Positions 47,476 to 55,703 of a DNA stretch of 64,000 bases are shown here, piece by piece. Both the position numbers and the translations under genes were made by a program. Origin of the DNA: Methanobacteriota archaeon (GTDB lineage Archaea; Thermoplasmatota; DTKX01; VGTL01); contig VGTL01000002.1 in the NCBI GenBank assembly GCA_016874675.1, positions 9,021-73,020 on the forward strand. Reading direction: 5' to 3'. Under the pieces are notes generated by a model. The model had not been told where the DNA came from, ran no database searches, and saw nothing but the letters and a program-made list of their open reading frames with translations. Every line of letters starts with the position of its first letter. Position 1 is the first letter of the stretch.

Positions 47476-48189
47476 TCAGGCCCGCTCCCGGAGGATCCCG
47501 AACAGAACGAAGAGCGGCGCCGACAAGAGCGTTATGAGCCCGGAGGACAATGCCGCGGTCTCGGAGAAGGTCAATGCTATCCCGGCCGTCAGGGCCCCGT
47601 TCTTTATCCCGATGCACACCGCCAGCGCCTTGGCGTTTGGCAGCGAAAGGAGCCCCCGTCCCGCCATCCTCCCGAGGGCCCACCGGAGGCCGAAGAAGAA
47701 GGCGTACTCCTGGAGTAGGGCCAGCCCCACCAGGACCGGGACGGAGAGGAGGTCGACCCCCCCGAGGCTGGAGGCGATCACGCCCCACATGAAGAAGAAG
47801 AACAGTATCGAAGTGGCGATCCTCTCTCCGGGGAGCGGGCCTTCTATTAGGGAGGGGCGGGCCCTGCGCAGCGCGAGCGCTACGAGCACCGGGAGCCCGA
47901 CGAGCGCGCCGGCGTTGAGGGCTATCGTCCAGACGGGCACGGTCACGGCCCTCCCGACCAGCGCCTCCAGCATCGCCGGCACGAGCAGGGGAGAAAGCAG
48001 CGTGGACACCACCGACACCATCGCCGCCAGCACCCGGTTGCCGCCGATCATGTCCGTGAAGAATGGGGCAAGCACTATGGCGGGCGACAGGGCGGCCAGC
48101 GTCGCGCCGAAGAGGATGTCGGGCGCAAGCCCCGCCGCCAGGGCCGCGCCCCAGATCGAGAGCGGGACGGGGCCGTAGAGGAACACCAA
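47476..48189 (-). CDS. bile acid:sodium symporter (BASS)-like / AEC-type membrane transporter (possibly N-terminally incomplete)
   Basis: 237-aa polytopic membrane protein. TTG start. A 77-aa ORF (48075..48308) in another frame upstream also looks membrane-like. Confidence 0.45.
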   Translation of the reverse strand: MVFLYGPVPLSIWGAALAAGLAPDILFGATLAALSPAIVLAPFFTDMIGGNRVLAAMVSVVSTLLSPLLVPAMLEALVGRAVTVPVWTIALNAGALVGLPVLVALALRRARPSLIEGPLPGERIATSILFFFFMWGVIASSLGGVDLLSVPVLVGLALLQEYAFFFGLRWALGRMAGRGLLSLPNAKALAVCIGIKNGALTAGIALTFSETAALSSGLITLLSAPLFVLFGILRERA

Positions 48190-48361
48190 CCCGGCGGCCA
48201 GCAGGTCCGGTCTCCGAAGGAGGGTACGAGCAGGCCGAAGAGGGTGCCCAGGAAGGTGCCGGCGGGGAAGGCCCAGAGCTCGATCCTCTGGCGGGTGGAC
48301 TCTTCCACGGGCGGGAAACGGGGTCAGGTAGAAATAGATTGTTGCAGGCCGAAGGGTCCGG

Positions 48362-49528
48362 TCAGCTTTCGCGCTTTGCCATGAACCTCATGAGGGCCTT
48401 GAACTTCTCGGCCTGCTCCCGGCTGCCGAAGCCCCTCATCTCGTCCACCATCGACACGGCCTGCCTGCAGAGCGCCGCCGCCGCCTCCACGGCCCAGCCG
48501 GAGACCTTCTTCTTCCCGTCGACGACCTCCCAGTCCACTATGCCGTGCTTCCGGAACAGGCCCGCCACCCAGGCGATGTCCTTTCCGGTGGTCCGCTCGC
48601 GGGGCTTGCGGAATATCGCAACGAGCCTCTCCTTCTCCGAAGGCGAGGCGCAGTCGAGCGCCCTGGCGAAGAGCGCCGAGGGCTTGCCCTCGCGGATGTC
48701 GTTGCCCAGCTCCGGCCTCCCGTCCCTCCCGACCCGACCCTTGCCGGAGGTGAGGTCGATGACGTCGTCGAGCATCTGGAAGGCGACGCCGACGTTACCG
48801 CCGAGCTTCCAGAGCGTGTCGATGGAGGCGCGGTCCAGCCCGGCGAGCACGGCCGAGCCCACCACGCCGAAGATGAGGTAGTAGCCCGTCTTGAGGGTGG
48901 CGAGCTCGACGTACCGGTCCACGGTGAAGCCGGCGTCCGCCCGGAGGTTGACGTCGAGCGACTGGCCCTCGCCGGTCTTCACGAGCGTGGTCGCCAGGAT
49001 GCCGCAGAGCGCCGCCCGCTTCCCGGGAGGAAGGTGCGAGGAGGTGACGGCCTCGAAGGCCTTGGCCATCATGTAGTCGCCGGCGTTGATGCCGTTGGCG
49101 ATGCCGATGTCACCGAGCTTGAGCCCGCGGGTTATGGAGCGCCGGTAGTCGCCCTTCCGCCTCTCGGCGTCGGTGCCGTACCTCACCCACACCGCCGGCA
49201 GGTCGCGCCGCGAGGTGTCGCCGTCCATCACGTCGTCGTGGCATATCAGGTAGTTGTGGGCGAGCTCGGTGGCCGCGGCGAACGGGAGCGCGTCCGCAAG
49301 CGGCACCCCGAGGCACTCGGCCGAAAGCAGGCAGAACATCGGGCGGGAGCGCTTGGGGCCCTTCCCGGTCGCCGGGTCTATGCAGTCGTCGCCGATGTGG
49401 TACCAGACCGGGCCGTTGAGGTGGCGGGCGTAGGGGCCGTCCCGGGGCAGCACCCGCTCTATCTGGGCCCGCACGAGGGGCCACTTCTCGGCGGTGTAGC
49501 CGAGCACCCAGCCGCTCTCGAACTCCAT
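48362..49528 (-). CDS. idsA: polyprenyl diphosphate synthase (geranylgeranyl diphosphate synthase, IdsA-like)
   Basis: First Asp-rich motif LICHDDVMDGD and second motif FQMLDDVIDL. Start ATG 49528 (MEFESGW). Confidence 0.85.
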   Translation of the reverse strand: MEFESGWVLGYTAEKWPLVRAQIERVLPRDGPYARHLNGPVWYHIGDDCIDPATGKGPKRSRPMFCLLSAECLGVPLADALPFAAATELAHNYLICHDDVMDGDTSRRDLPAVWVRYGTDAERRKGDYRRSITRGLKLGDIGIANGINAGDYMMAKAFEAVTSSHLPPGKRAALCGILATTLVKTGEGQSLDVNLRADAGFTVDRYVELATLKTGYYLIFGVVGSAVLAGLDRASIDTLWKLGGNVGVAFQMLDDVIDLTSGKGRVGRDGRPELGNDIREGKPSALFARALDCASPSEKERLVAIFRKPRERTTGKDIAWVAGLFRKHGIVDWEVVDGKKKVSGWAVEAAAALCRQAVSMVDEMRGFGSREQAEKFKALMRFMAKRES

Positions 49529-49547
49529 GGCGTTCCCCCGGTGCCAT

Positions 49548-49642
49548 TGCGGTTGCGGGGATTCGAACCCCGGTTTGAAGCTGGTCCCGGCGCGCGGTGG
49601 CGCCATGGGAAGCTCCAGTCCTAACCACTAGACTACAACCGC
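49548..49642 (-). tRNA. tRNA-Gly (anticodon CCC) with a ~23-nt canonical-position intron
   Basis: Reverse complement: GCGGTTG TA GTCT AGTGGTTA GGAC T GGAGC TTCCCA [TGGCGCCACCGCGCGCCGGGACC] A GCTTC AAAC CGGGG TTCGAAT CCCCG CAACCGC A. Intron follows anticodon-loop position 37. Confidence 0.65.
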
Positions 49643-49662
49643 ACGGAGCTGGGGATATCTGG

Positions 49663-49735
49663 CGTTGGGGTTTGGGGTTCGGGGCATGCGAGGCAGGGGT
49701 CGGGGTACGGGGTGCGGGGTGCTGGGAAGGGAGGA
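49663..49735 (+). repeat. G-tract array (telomere-like TTTGGGG/GGGGTNC units), strong G-quadruplex motif
   Basis: ggcgttggggtttggggttcggggcatgcgaggcaggggtcggggtacggggtgcggggtgctggg. Seven G4 tracts within 65 nt. Lies between tRNA-Gly and the small ORF. Confidence 0.8.
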
Positions 49736-49739
49736 GGCC

Positions 49740-49961
49740 TCAGATCGTTTCGAGCTTGAAGAGGACGTTGTAGCCCTTGAGGACAGAGTGGATCTTGTCG
49801 CCGAACCATATGGCGTCCTTGACGGTGGCCTTCTTGTCCCACTCGTAGATGAAGTCGTACGTCCCCTGCGTCGGCCGGAAGCCGATCATGCAGAGGCGGT
49901 CCACTATCTCGGAGGGTTTCGCCCCCTCGCTGTTGAACGTAACCGTAAGGTAGGTCTTCAT
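49740..49961 (-). CDS. hypothetical small protein (73 aa)
   Basis: MKTYLTVTFNSEGAKPSEIVDRLCMIGFRPTQGTYDFIYEWDKKATVKDAIWFGDKIHSVLKGYNVLFKLETI. ATG 49961 chosen over the upstream ORF extension. Confidence 0.45.
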   Translation of the reverse strand: MKTYLTVTFNSEGAKPSEIVDRLCMIGFRPTQGTYDFIYEWDKKATVKDAIWFGDKIHSVLKGYNVLFKLETI

Positions 49962-50085
49962 CCCCATCCCCGACCGTAAAAGCACTATGCCCTTTTAATA
50001 GATTTCGTACGACGGGCCCGCCCAACGATAGGATTAATACTCCAGATGCCGTTCCGAAGCGACGGTACGTTCCGGGGGCCCCGGC

Positions 50086-51492
50086 GTGGACGAAGAAACC
50101 GGGCAGGATGGCAGGCGCAAGCGGGAGGACGCGCTCATAAAGGACTACCTGACGGAGCGCGAGGAGCTCGCTTCCGGGCCCCGGTTCCACGTTCCCCCGT
50201 TCACCATCAAGCGCATCGAGGGGACCAGGACAATCTACTACGCTCCCATCGGCGAGGACCCCGAAAGCCAGCTCGAGGGAATGCGTCGGAGGCCGGCCGG
50301 GGACGGTGAGAGCCAAAAGCCGGCGGAAGCCCCGCCGGCACCGAAACCGCAGCCGGTCGAGGCCGGGCCGGGCCGGCGTCCGACGGAGACGACCGCCCCG
50401 CGGCATGCGGAGCCCGGCATGCCCAGGGCGTTTGCGCACCTGCAGGCCGGGGCCCTGGAGCGATCCGACGGGCCACCGGCCGCGCCATCGGGCACGATCC
50501 AGGCACCTCGGGTTGAGGAGCGCACCCCTGAACCGGAGGAGCCCGCCCCCGAGCCAGTTGCGGCCCCCTCTTGGGCGGCCAATGTGATCGAGGCGGCCGA
50601 CGAGCGGCTGCCTGCGGCGGTGGAGAGGGTCACCGGGGCTCTCAGGGCCGAGGAGGCGCCGGCCGCGCCCGAAACGCAGCCCGAAGGAGCGCGGCCCGTC
50701 TCTTTCCGCAAGCCATTCGTGAAGGCTGACACCTTCCCCCAGAGGAGGACCGGCCTCCCGCCGCTGCCCGGGAGGGTCTCGGCGAAGGAGCTCATCGCCA
50801 GGCTGCGCGTCGTGAAGGAGGGCGTCGAGACGCGGGAGCAGCTGGCCAGGAGGACGGCCGCGGCGGGCGGGCAGACGCGGGTGCCCGCGCCGGAGGCTCC
50901 CGATGGAGAAGGGGAGGCGGAGGGCCCTGCCACCGGCCAGGCCGCAACCGATGGGCCGGCCGGGGAGGCCGAAAAGCCGGCGGCCGTTGCCGGAGGCGTC
51001 CCCGCCCTGGCCGCGCCATCGGGGCCGGCCGGAGGGGCCCTGGAGCAGAAGAGCGAGGGGGGCAAGCTCTGCCCCTCCTGCGGAATGCCCATCTCCGAAC
51101 GCAACGACCTGCTCATATGCACCGGCTGCGGTCGCAAGAACTGCGCCACCTGCGGCCGCTACGAGAAGAGCCACATGAGGTCCGATGTCTATTACGAGTA
51201 CCAGTTCGACTGGCCGCTGTGCCTCACCTGCTACGAGAAGGCCTACACCATCCAGAGGATGCTCGGCCGGGCCTCGGTGTGCTATGGCAACGGCAACTTC
51301 TCGTACGCGCTTTGGTACGCCAGGAACGCCCTGCAGCAGGACCCCGGCTCGAGGTACATCCCGAAGATAAACGACCTCATGGAGAAGATAGACAAGGCCA
51401 GCAAGGCCGCCGGCGAGCGGGACCGCGAGTGGCATTTCGCGCGCCGGCAGTTCTCGCGCCACCCGGTAGAGGACCCTCGGTGGAGGCAGTAA
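50086..51492 (+). CDS. hypothetical protein with long Pro/Ala/Glu-rich disordered region and C-terminal double zinc ribbon
   Basis: C-terminus CPSCG-x12-CTGCG-x3-CATCG...CLTCYEK (four CxxC pairs). N-terminal ~330 aa low complexity. GTG start uncertain. Confidence 0.45.
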   Translation: MDEETGQDGRRKREDALIKDYLTEREELASGPRFHVPPFTIKRIEGTRTIYYAPIGEDPESQLEGMRRRPAGDGESQKPAEAPPAPKPQPVEAGPGRRPTETTAPRHAEPGMPRAFAHLQAGALERSDGPPAAPSGTIQAPRVEERTPEPEEPAPEPVAAPSWAANVIEAADERLPAAVERVTGALRAEEAPAAPETQPEGARPVSFRKPFVKADTFPQRRTGLPPLPGRVSAKELIARLRVVKEGVETREQLARRTAAAGGQTRVPAPEAPDGEGEAEGPATGQAATDGPAGEAEKPAAVAGGVPALAAPSGPAGGALEQKSEGGKLCPSCGMPISERNDLLICTGCGRKNCATCGRYEKSHMRSDVYYEYQFDWPLCLTCYEKAYTIQRMLGRASVCYGNGNFSYALWYARNALQQDPGSRYIPKINDLMEKIDKASKAAGERDREWHFARRQFSRHPVEDPRWRQ

Positions 51493-51499
51493 CGCGGCG

Positions 51500-51605
51500 C
51501 GATTGGTTCGGGGGACATGCTGGCGCAGCTGGTCAAGGGGACGTGTTGGTCCTATTGGTTCGGGGGACGTGTTGTTGATGTGGGTCAGGGGGACGGAGGG
51601 GGGCG
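51500..51605 (+). repeat. ~52-bp tandem duplication with G5 tracts at convergent gene junction
   Basis: gattggttcgggggacatgctgg...ggtcaaggggacgtgttgg / ctattggttcgggggacgtgttg...gggtcagggggacggagggggg. Four copies of gggggacRtg-like cores. Confidence 0.7.
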
Positions 51606-53522
51606 GCAGCCGGGAGACCAGAAATCCGCGACGTCCCTTGCGGGGTCCGATGATTCGCGAAGGTCCGGGAGGTATTCCCTGAACTGGACGGCGCGGCGGT
51701 CCAGGATGACGGCCACGCCGCGGTCGCGCTCGCTGCGGATGAGCCTGCCGATGGTCTGCAGGAGGCGCCGGGCGGTCGGGGCCCTCACGGCGTAGTCCCA
51801 GCCCTTCCCGAACCGTATGTCGTAGTAGTACTGGAGCGCCTTCTGGCGGGCCGTCGGCTTCGGGTAGGGGATGCCCACGATGACGGCGACGTCCAGCTCC
51901 CGGTCGGGGAAGTCGATGCCCTCGCTGACCCGGCCCCCGATCACGGAGAGCAGTACCGCGCCCTCCTCGCCCCTCCGGCCCTCCTCCTTGAAGCTGTCCA
52001 CGGTCTCGAGCAGGTCCTGCTGGCTGGCGCCCCGCTCCTCGACGAATATCCGGCGGCCGGCGGACCGCCCCAGCCCCATCGCCAGGGAGCGCTCCAAAAG
52101 GTCGAAGCTCGGGAAGAACACCGCGGTGTTGCGGGAGGTGGCGCGGCAGATCTCCCCGGCCTTGCCAAGTATCCCGGAGAACATCTCCTCGTCGGTGAGC
52201 CGGTCCTCGTACTTCATCGAGACCGACGGGTCGCAGAGCACGAGGCGGTTCTCCGGGGGGAAGATGCCGGGGAAGGCGCGTAAAAGCGTCCGGTCGCCCA
52301 ACCCCAGGGAGTCCCGGTACTCCTCGAGGGGCGAGAGCGTCCCGGACATGTGCAGGCCCGAGTGGCAGCGGCCCAGGGGTTCGGAGGCGAGGCCGGGGTC
52401 CATGCAGTAGGCCTCGAGGCGGGGGCTCTCCCCGTCCTTCACGAGCTTGACATAGGCGTCGCTCTCCAGGCCCATCCAGAGCGCCAGGAAGGAGCCCACG
52501 GAGTGGAGGTGGGACCGCGGCACGCGGCCCCCCTTGCGCCGGTTCTCCCTTATCGCCTCGCCGTGGGCGGCCAGGTTCGCCACGGCCGACTCGAGCCGGT
52601 TGGAGGTCCAGCGGAAGGAGTACATGAGCTCCTCCTCCACCGCGCCCGGCGGCACCATGCCGTCCTCGTCGATGAGGTACTCGTCGCGCAGCTGGAGGAC
52701 TATCTGCTCCATCCGGGCGCAGAGATCGCTGACCCGGACCTCGTCTTGGACGTACAGCCCTCCCAGCTCCGTCGCCTCCTGCGAGGCGAGCCTGAGGGTC
52801 TGCAGGCCCAGCGAGAGCGACTTGAGCGAGCGGGCGAACTCGGGCAGGTTGTGCGCCTCGTCCACCACCACCACGAGGTCCTCGAGCGGGCAGTTCATCC
52901 AGTCGAGGAGCCGGGCGCGTATGAACGGGCTGAGAAAGTAGACGTAGGGCGCGACCACCACCGCGGCGGAGCGCGCGAGGAGCTTGGCGGCCTCATATGG
53001 GCAGAGCCCCGCCTCCCGGCAGTGCCGGGCCATCTCCTCCACCGTGGGCAGCGTGCGCTCGCACCAGGACTGGAGCTCTCCGGTCCCGGCGGCCCGGAGC
53101 TCCTCGAAGAACGGGCAGCCGCCCGGCTCGCGACGGCGGGAGGTCTCCTTCCGGTCGTTGCAGAGCACCGAGAGCTCCTCGGGGGAGGCCGTCCTCCACT
53201 CCCGCTCGGTCGCGAGCAGGAGGCAGGTGCTGTGGCGCCCCTGGATGCCCGTGCCCAGCACGCGGGAGCGGCCCGAGATGGCCCGAAGCTCCCGGAACAC
53301 CTGCACCTGCTGGGAGTTGGTCCGGGTGAGATACAGCAGCCGCTTGCCGTGCCGGGCGGCACCGAAGAGCGCCGGCACGAGGGCGCAGACCGTCTTGCCC
53401 GTGCCGGAGCCCGCCTCGGCGAGGGCGCTCGTCCCCGACCCCACCGCACCGGCGAAGAGCCCCATCAGCTCGAGCTGGACGGGGCGGGGCTCGTAGGGGA
53501 ACATCCCGAGGTGGGAATCCAT
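51585..53522 (-). CDS. xpd: ATP-dependent DNA helicase, XPD/Rad3 (ERCC2) family with Fe-S domain
   Basis: Motif I EAGSGTGKT, motif II VVVDEAHNL (DEAH), four Fe-S cysteines in the Arch/FeS insertion (HSTC...C..C..C), C-terminal HD2 motifs (GIDFPDRELDVAVIVGIPYP, RLIRSERDRGVAVILD). Confidence 0.88.
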   Translation of the reverse strand: MDSHLGMFPYEPRPVQLELMGLFAGAVGSGTSALAEAGSGTGKTVCALVPALFGAARHGKRLLYLTRTNSQQVQVFRELRAISGRSRVLGTGIQGRHSTCLLLATEREWRTASPEELSVLCNDRKETSRRREPGGCPFFEELRAAGTGELQSWCERTLPTVEEMARHCREAGLCPYEAAKLLARSAAVVVAPYVYFLSPFIRARLLDWMNCPLEDLVVVVDEAHNLPEFARSLKSLSLGLQTLRLASQEATELGGLYVQDEVRVSDLCARMEQIVLQLRDEYLIDEDGMVPPGAVEEELMYSFRWTSNRLESAVANLAAHGEAIRENRRKGGRVPRSHLHSVGSFLALWMGLESDAYVKLVKDGESPRLEAYCMDPGLASEPLGRCHSGLHMSGTLSPLEEYRDSLGLGDRTLLRAFPGIFPPENRLVLCDPSVSMKYEDRLTDEEMFSGILGKAGEICRATSRNTAVFFPSFDLLERSLAMGLGRSAGRRIFVEERGASQQDLLETVDSFKEEGRRGEEGAVLLSVIGGRVSEGIDFPDRELDVAVIVGIPYPKPTARQKALQYYYDIRFGKGWDYAVRAPTARRLLQTIGRLIRSERDRGVAVILDRRAVQFREYLPDLRESSDPARDVADFWSPGCRPPPSP

Positions 53523-53594
53523 CCGCCCGTGAATCGTCGGGGAGAAGTATATCCTTTCGGGGGGATGGGTGAAACCGGCGGCCCGGCCGAGCCG

Positions 53595-54086
53595 TCACTG
53601 CTTGTCCGGGATCTCCTCGATGCCGTTCTCCTGGACGCGCGTCCAGACGTCCTCGGGGATGTCCTGATAGACCGACGCCTCCACCGGACAGGCGGACTCG
53701 TCTTTCTCCTTCCCGGCGTCGATGAGCGCCGCGATGCGGTCCATCCGGAAGAGCCAGTAGTGGATCCTCCACTCGCGGCCGTCGTAGAGCGTGGTCTCCT
53801 CGCGCTCGGTGGTCAGCAGGCCGGCGTCCTCGAGCATGTAGAACGCGTCCCGGTCCTCCGGCTCCAAGACATTGTCGATGATCCTGTCGTTGTAGCCGAA
53901 GAAGTTCATGATGTGCTTGGCCATGTCCCGGGCGGCGGTCTCCTCCATTCCCTTCCGGTCGATGCTGTTCTTTATCGCTTTGGTGAGTCCCTCGACCGAG
54001 AGCAGATGGCCCGAGCACTGCATATTATCGGGGCCGTTCATAGGCTCCTTTCCCCCATTTTCACCTTGGTAAAAATGTATATGCAC
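53595..54086 (-). CDS. hypothetical acidic protein
   Basis: 163-aa ORF; the GTG start lies inside the AT-rich promoter island, so the true start is probably internal (MNGPDNMQ...). No recognisable motifs. Confidence 0.45.
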   Translation of the reverse strand: MHIHFYQGENGGKEPMNGPDNMQCSGHLLSVEGLTKAIKNSIDRKGMEETAARDMAKHIMNFFGYNDRIIDNVLEPEDRDAFYMLEDAGLLTTEREETTLYDGREWRIHYWLFRMDRIAALIDAGKEKDESACPVEASVYQDIPEDVWTRVQENGIEEIPDKQ

Positions 54087-54123
54087 GGGAGTATGATATA
54101 AACATTTTGGTCTTTACACGTAC

Positions 54124-54801
54124 TCAGGAACCGTCGTGCAGGCGTTCCGAGAGCCGGGCTGGCAGGCCGCATGCTGCCACGGCTGACGCCGTCTTGGCCC
54201 GGTCGTAGTCGACCCTGTGGAGGCGGATCCCCAGACCGCGGGTGTCCAAGGTGGCGAAGGCCGCCCTGGGGTCGCTGTCGCGCGGCTGGCCGACAGACCC
54301 GGGGTTCACCACCAGCAGGTCCCCGAAGATCCCCTCCCACTGGACGTGGGTGTGCCCCATGACAAGGACCTCCACGTCAAGCTCCCCGAACGGCCAGGCG
54401 TCAGGGCCCAGGGGATACACATACTCGTCGTCGTCGCGGGGGCTTCCGTGGACCAGGAGCACGCGGCGGCCGTCCACCTCCAGTCGGTGCCGGCGCGGGA
54501 GCCGCTCCAGAAACGCCCGGGAGGCCGGGGCGATCCGCGCCGCGGTCCAGCGGGCGGCGACGGCGGCGACCTCGTTCAGGCGGGAGAAGTCGCCCGTGGC
54601 CACCGCCCGGTCGTGGTTGCCGGCGATGGAGCGCACTCCCCGCGCCGCGAGAAGCTCCAAAACCTCGTCGGGGAAGGTGTAGTAACCGACAAGGTCCCCG
54701 GCGCCAAGAACGCATGACACCCCGAGCCGGCCCATTTCCGAAAGGACGGCCCGGAGGGCCGTCAGGTTGGAATGGACATCGGATATCATCCCGACTAGCA
54801 T
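54124..54801 (-). CDS. metallophosphoesterase (calcineurin-like, MJ0936/YfcE-type)
   Basis: GMISDVHSN (motif I D-x-H), GDLVGY (motif II), GNHD (motif III), MGHTH (motif V). Confidence 0.8.
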   Translation of the reverse strand: MLVGMISDVHSNLTALRAVLSEMGRLGVSCVLGAGDLVGYYTFPDEVLELLAARGVRSIAGNHDRAVATGDFSRLNEVAAVAARWTAARIAPASRAFLERLPRRHRLEVDGRRVLLVHGSPRDDDEYVYPLGPDAWPFGELDVEVLVMGHTHVQWEGIFGDLLVVNPGSVGQPRDSDPRAAFATLDTRGLGIRLHRVDYDRAKTASAVAACGLPARLSERLHDGS

Positions 54802-54819
54802 GCGACCGACCGCGAAGGA

Positions 54820-55188
54820 CTAGCTCAGGGTCTCCTTGATGAGCCGGCTGGCGACCTCGGCGCTGGAGAGGAGCTGCTCCACCCCGTCGCGGCCCTCCTT
54901 GAGCACGACCAGGATGGCCTTCGTGCCGGCATCGACCGCCACCAGGACGCAGTCGTGCCCCTCCACGACGATGCGGTCCGGGCCGGTCTTGTTGAACTCG
55001 GACAGGGCCGCGCTGGCTGCACCGCTCATGGTCGCCCCCATGGCGGCGAAGGTCTCGGAGTGGGCCTCCTCGGAGGCGCTGGCCGTTATGACTATACCAC
55101 CGCGGCTGACCAGGACCGCGCCGATGACGTTTGGGAGCTGGCGCAATTCCCGGACAATCCGCTCAAGTTGCTCGGCCTTGGCAACCAT
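54820..55188 (-). CDS. Roadblock/LC7 domain protein (MglB-like)
   Basis: 122 aa: LPNVIGAVLVSRGGIVITASASEEAHSETFAAMGATMSGAA...HDCVLVAVDAGTKAILVVL. Alpha-beta-beta-alpha-beta-beta Roadblock pattern. TATA-like atataaac ~27 nt upstream on minus strand (55214..55221). Confidence 0.7.
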   Translation of the reverse strand: MVAKAEQLERIVRELRQLPNVIGAVLVSRGGIVITASASEEAHSETFAAMGATMSGAASAALSEFNKTGPDRIVVEGHDCVLVAVDAGTKAILVVLKEGRDGVEQLLSSAEVASRLIKETLS

Positions 55189-55271
55189 TAATTCCTACAA
55201 CAGACTTCAATGTTTATATCCTTATTGGTCTTTTTCATGTCGGGTATTGAGACTTGGCCCGATAGGCGGAC

Positions 55272-55360
55272 GGGGAAGGGGAGCGGGCAGCGGGCAGCGG
55301 GCAGCGGGGAGCGGTGACGGAACGAATCCGTCCGTCCACCGCTCCCCGCTGCCCCGCTGG
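55272..55360 (+). repeat. GGGCAGC heptad-array hairpin (15-bp perfect stem cagcggggagcggtg / caccgctccccgctg)
   Basis: ggggaaggggagcgggcagcgggcagcgggcagcggggagcggtgacggaacgaatccgtccgtccaccgctccccgctgccccgctgg. Confidence 0.85.
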
Positions 55361-55377
55361 ATCAATTGGAGGGAATG

Positions 55378-55450
55378 TGCCGAGGGAGGGAGTCGAACCC
55401 CCAGGAAACGGATCTGCAGTCCGTCACATTAGCCGCTCTGTCACCTCGGC
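55378..55450 (-). tRNA. tRNA-Cys (anticodon GCA)
   Basis: Reverse complement: GCCGAGG TG ACAG AGCGGCTA ATGT G ACGGA CTGCAGA TCCGT TTCCT GGGGG TTCGACT CCCTC CCTCGGC A. D-stem only 3 bp, so confidence is moderate. Confidence 0.6.
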
Positions 55451-55497
55451 TTGTCCATCCCACATCGGGGGGAACCGATTTGAATATTTCGCGCGAT

Positions 55498-55630
55498 GGC
55501 AGGGTGCAGGGTGCAGGGTGCGGGGTGCGGGGTGCGGGGTAACGTACGGTGTCCATCTTGAACCCGGTACCCCATGCCCCGAGATATCCCCCGCACCCTG
55601 CACCCTGCACCCTGCACCCCGCACCCTGCG
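55498..55630 (+). repeat. GCAGGGT/GCGGGGT heptad-array hairpin with G-quadruplex motif
   Basis: (gcagggt)x3(gcggggt)x3; 50-nt spacer; complement (cccgcac)(cctgcac)x3 cccgcaccctgcgg. Confidence 0.85.
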
Positions 55631-55703
55631 GTCGGCCACGAGCTTTATATTGTCGTTCGGACATCCCGGTTTCCCTTCGCCAGGGGGAGCTGGTAGGGTT
55701 CGC

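Noticed and set aside
46212-48189. Intact integrated element (provirus/plasmid) at tRNA-Ile
   Set aside because: The att-like duplication spans only 33 bp of intervening DNA. No integrase, replication or capsid genes follow. Only a remnant or local duplication is supportable.
47476-48308. Possible frameshift joining ORF 48075..48308 (MEESTRQRIELWAFPAGTFLGTLFGLLVPS...) to the BASS-like transporter ORF 47476..48189
   Set aside because: Both frames stay open across the junction in this GC-rich DNA, so a true frameshift or pseudogene cannot be distinguished from an ordinary TTG/GTG start. The transporter is reported as possibly N-terminally incomplete only.
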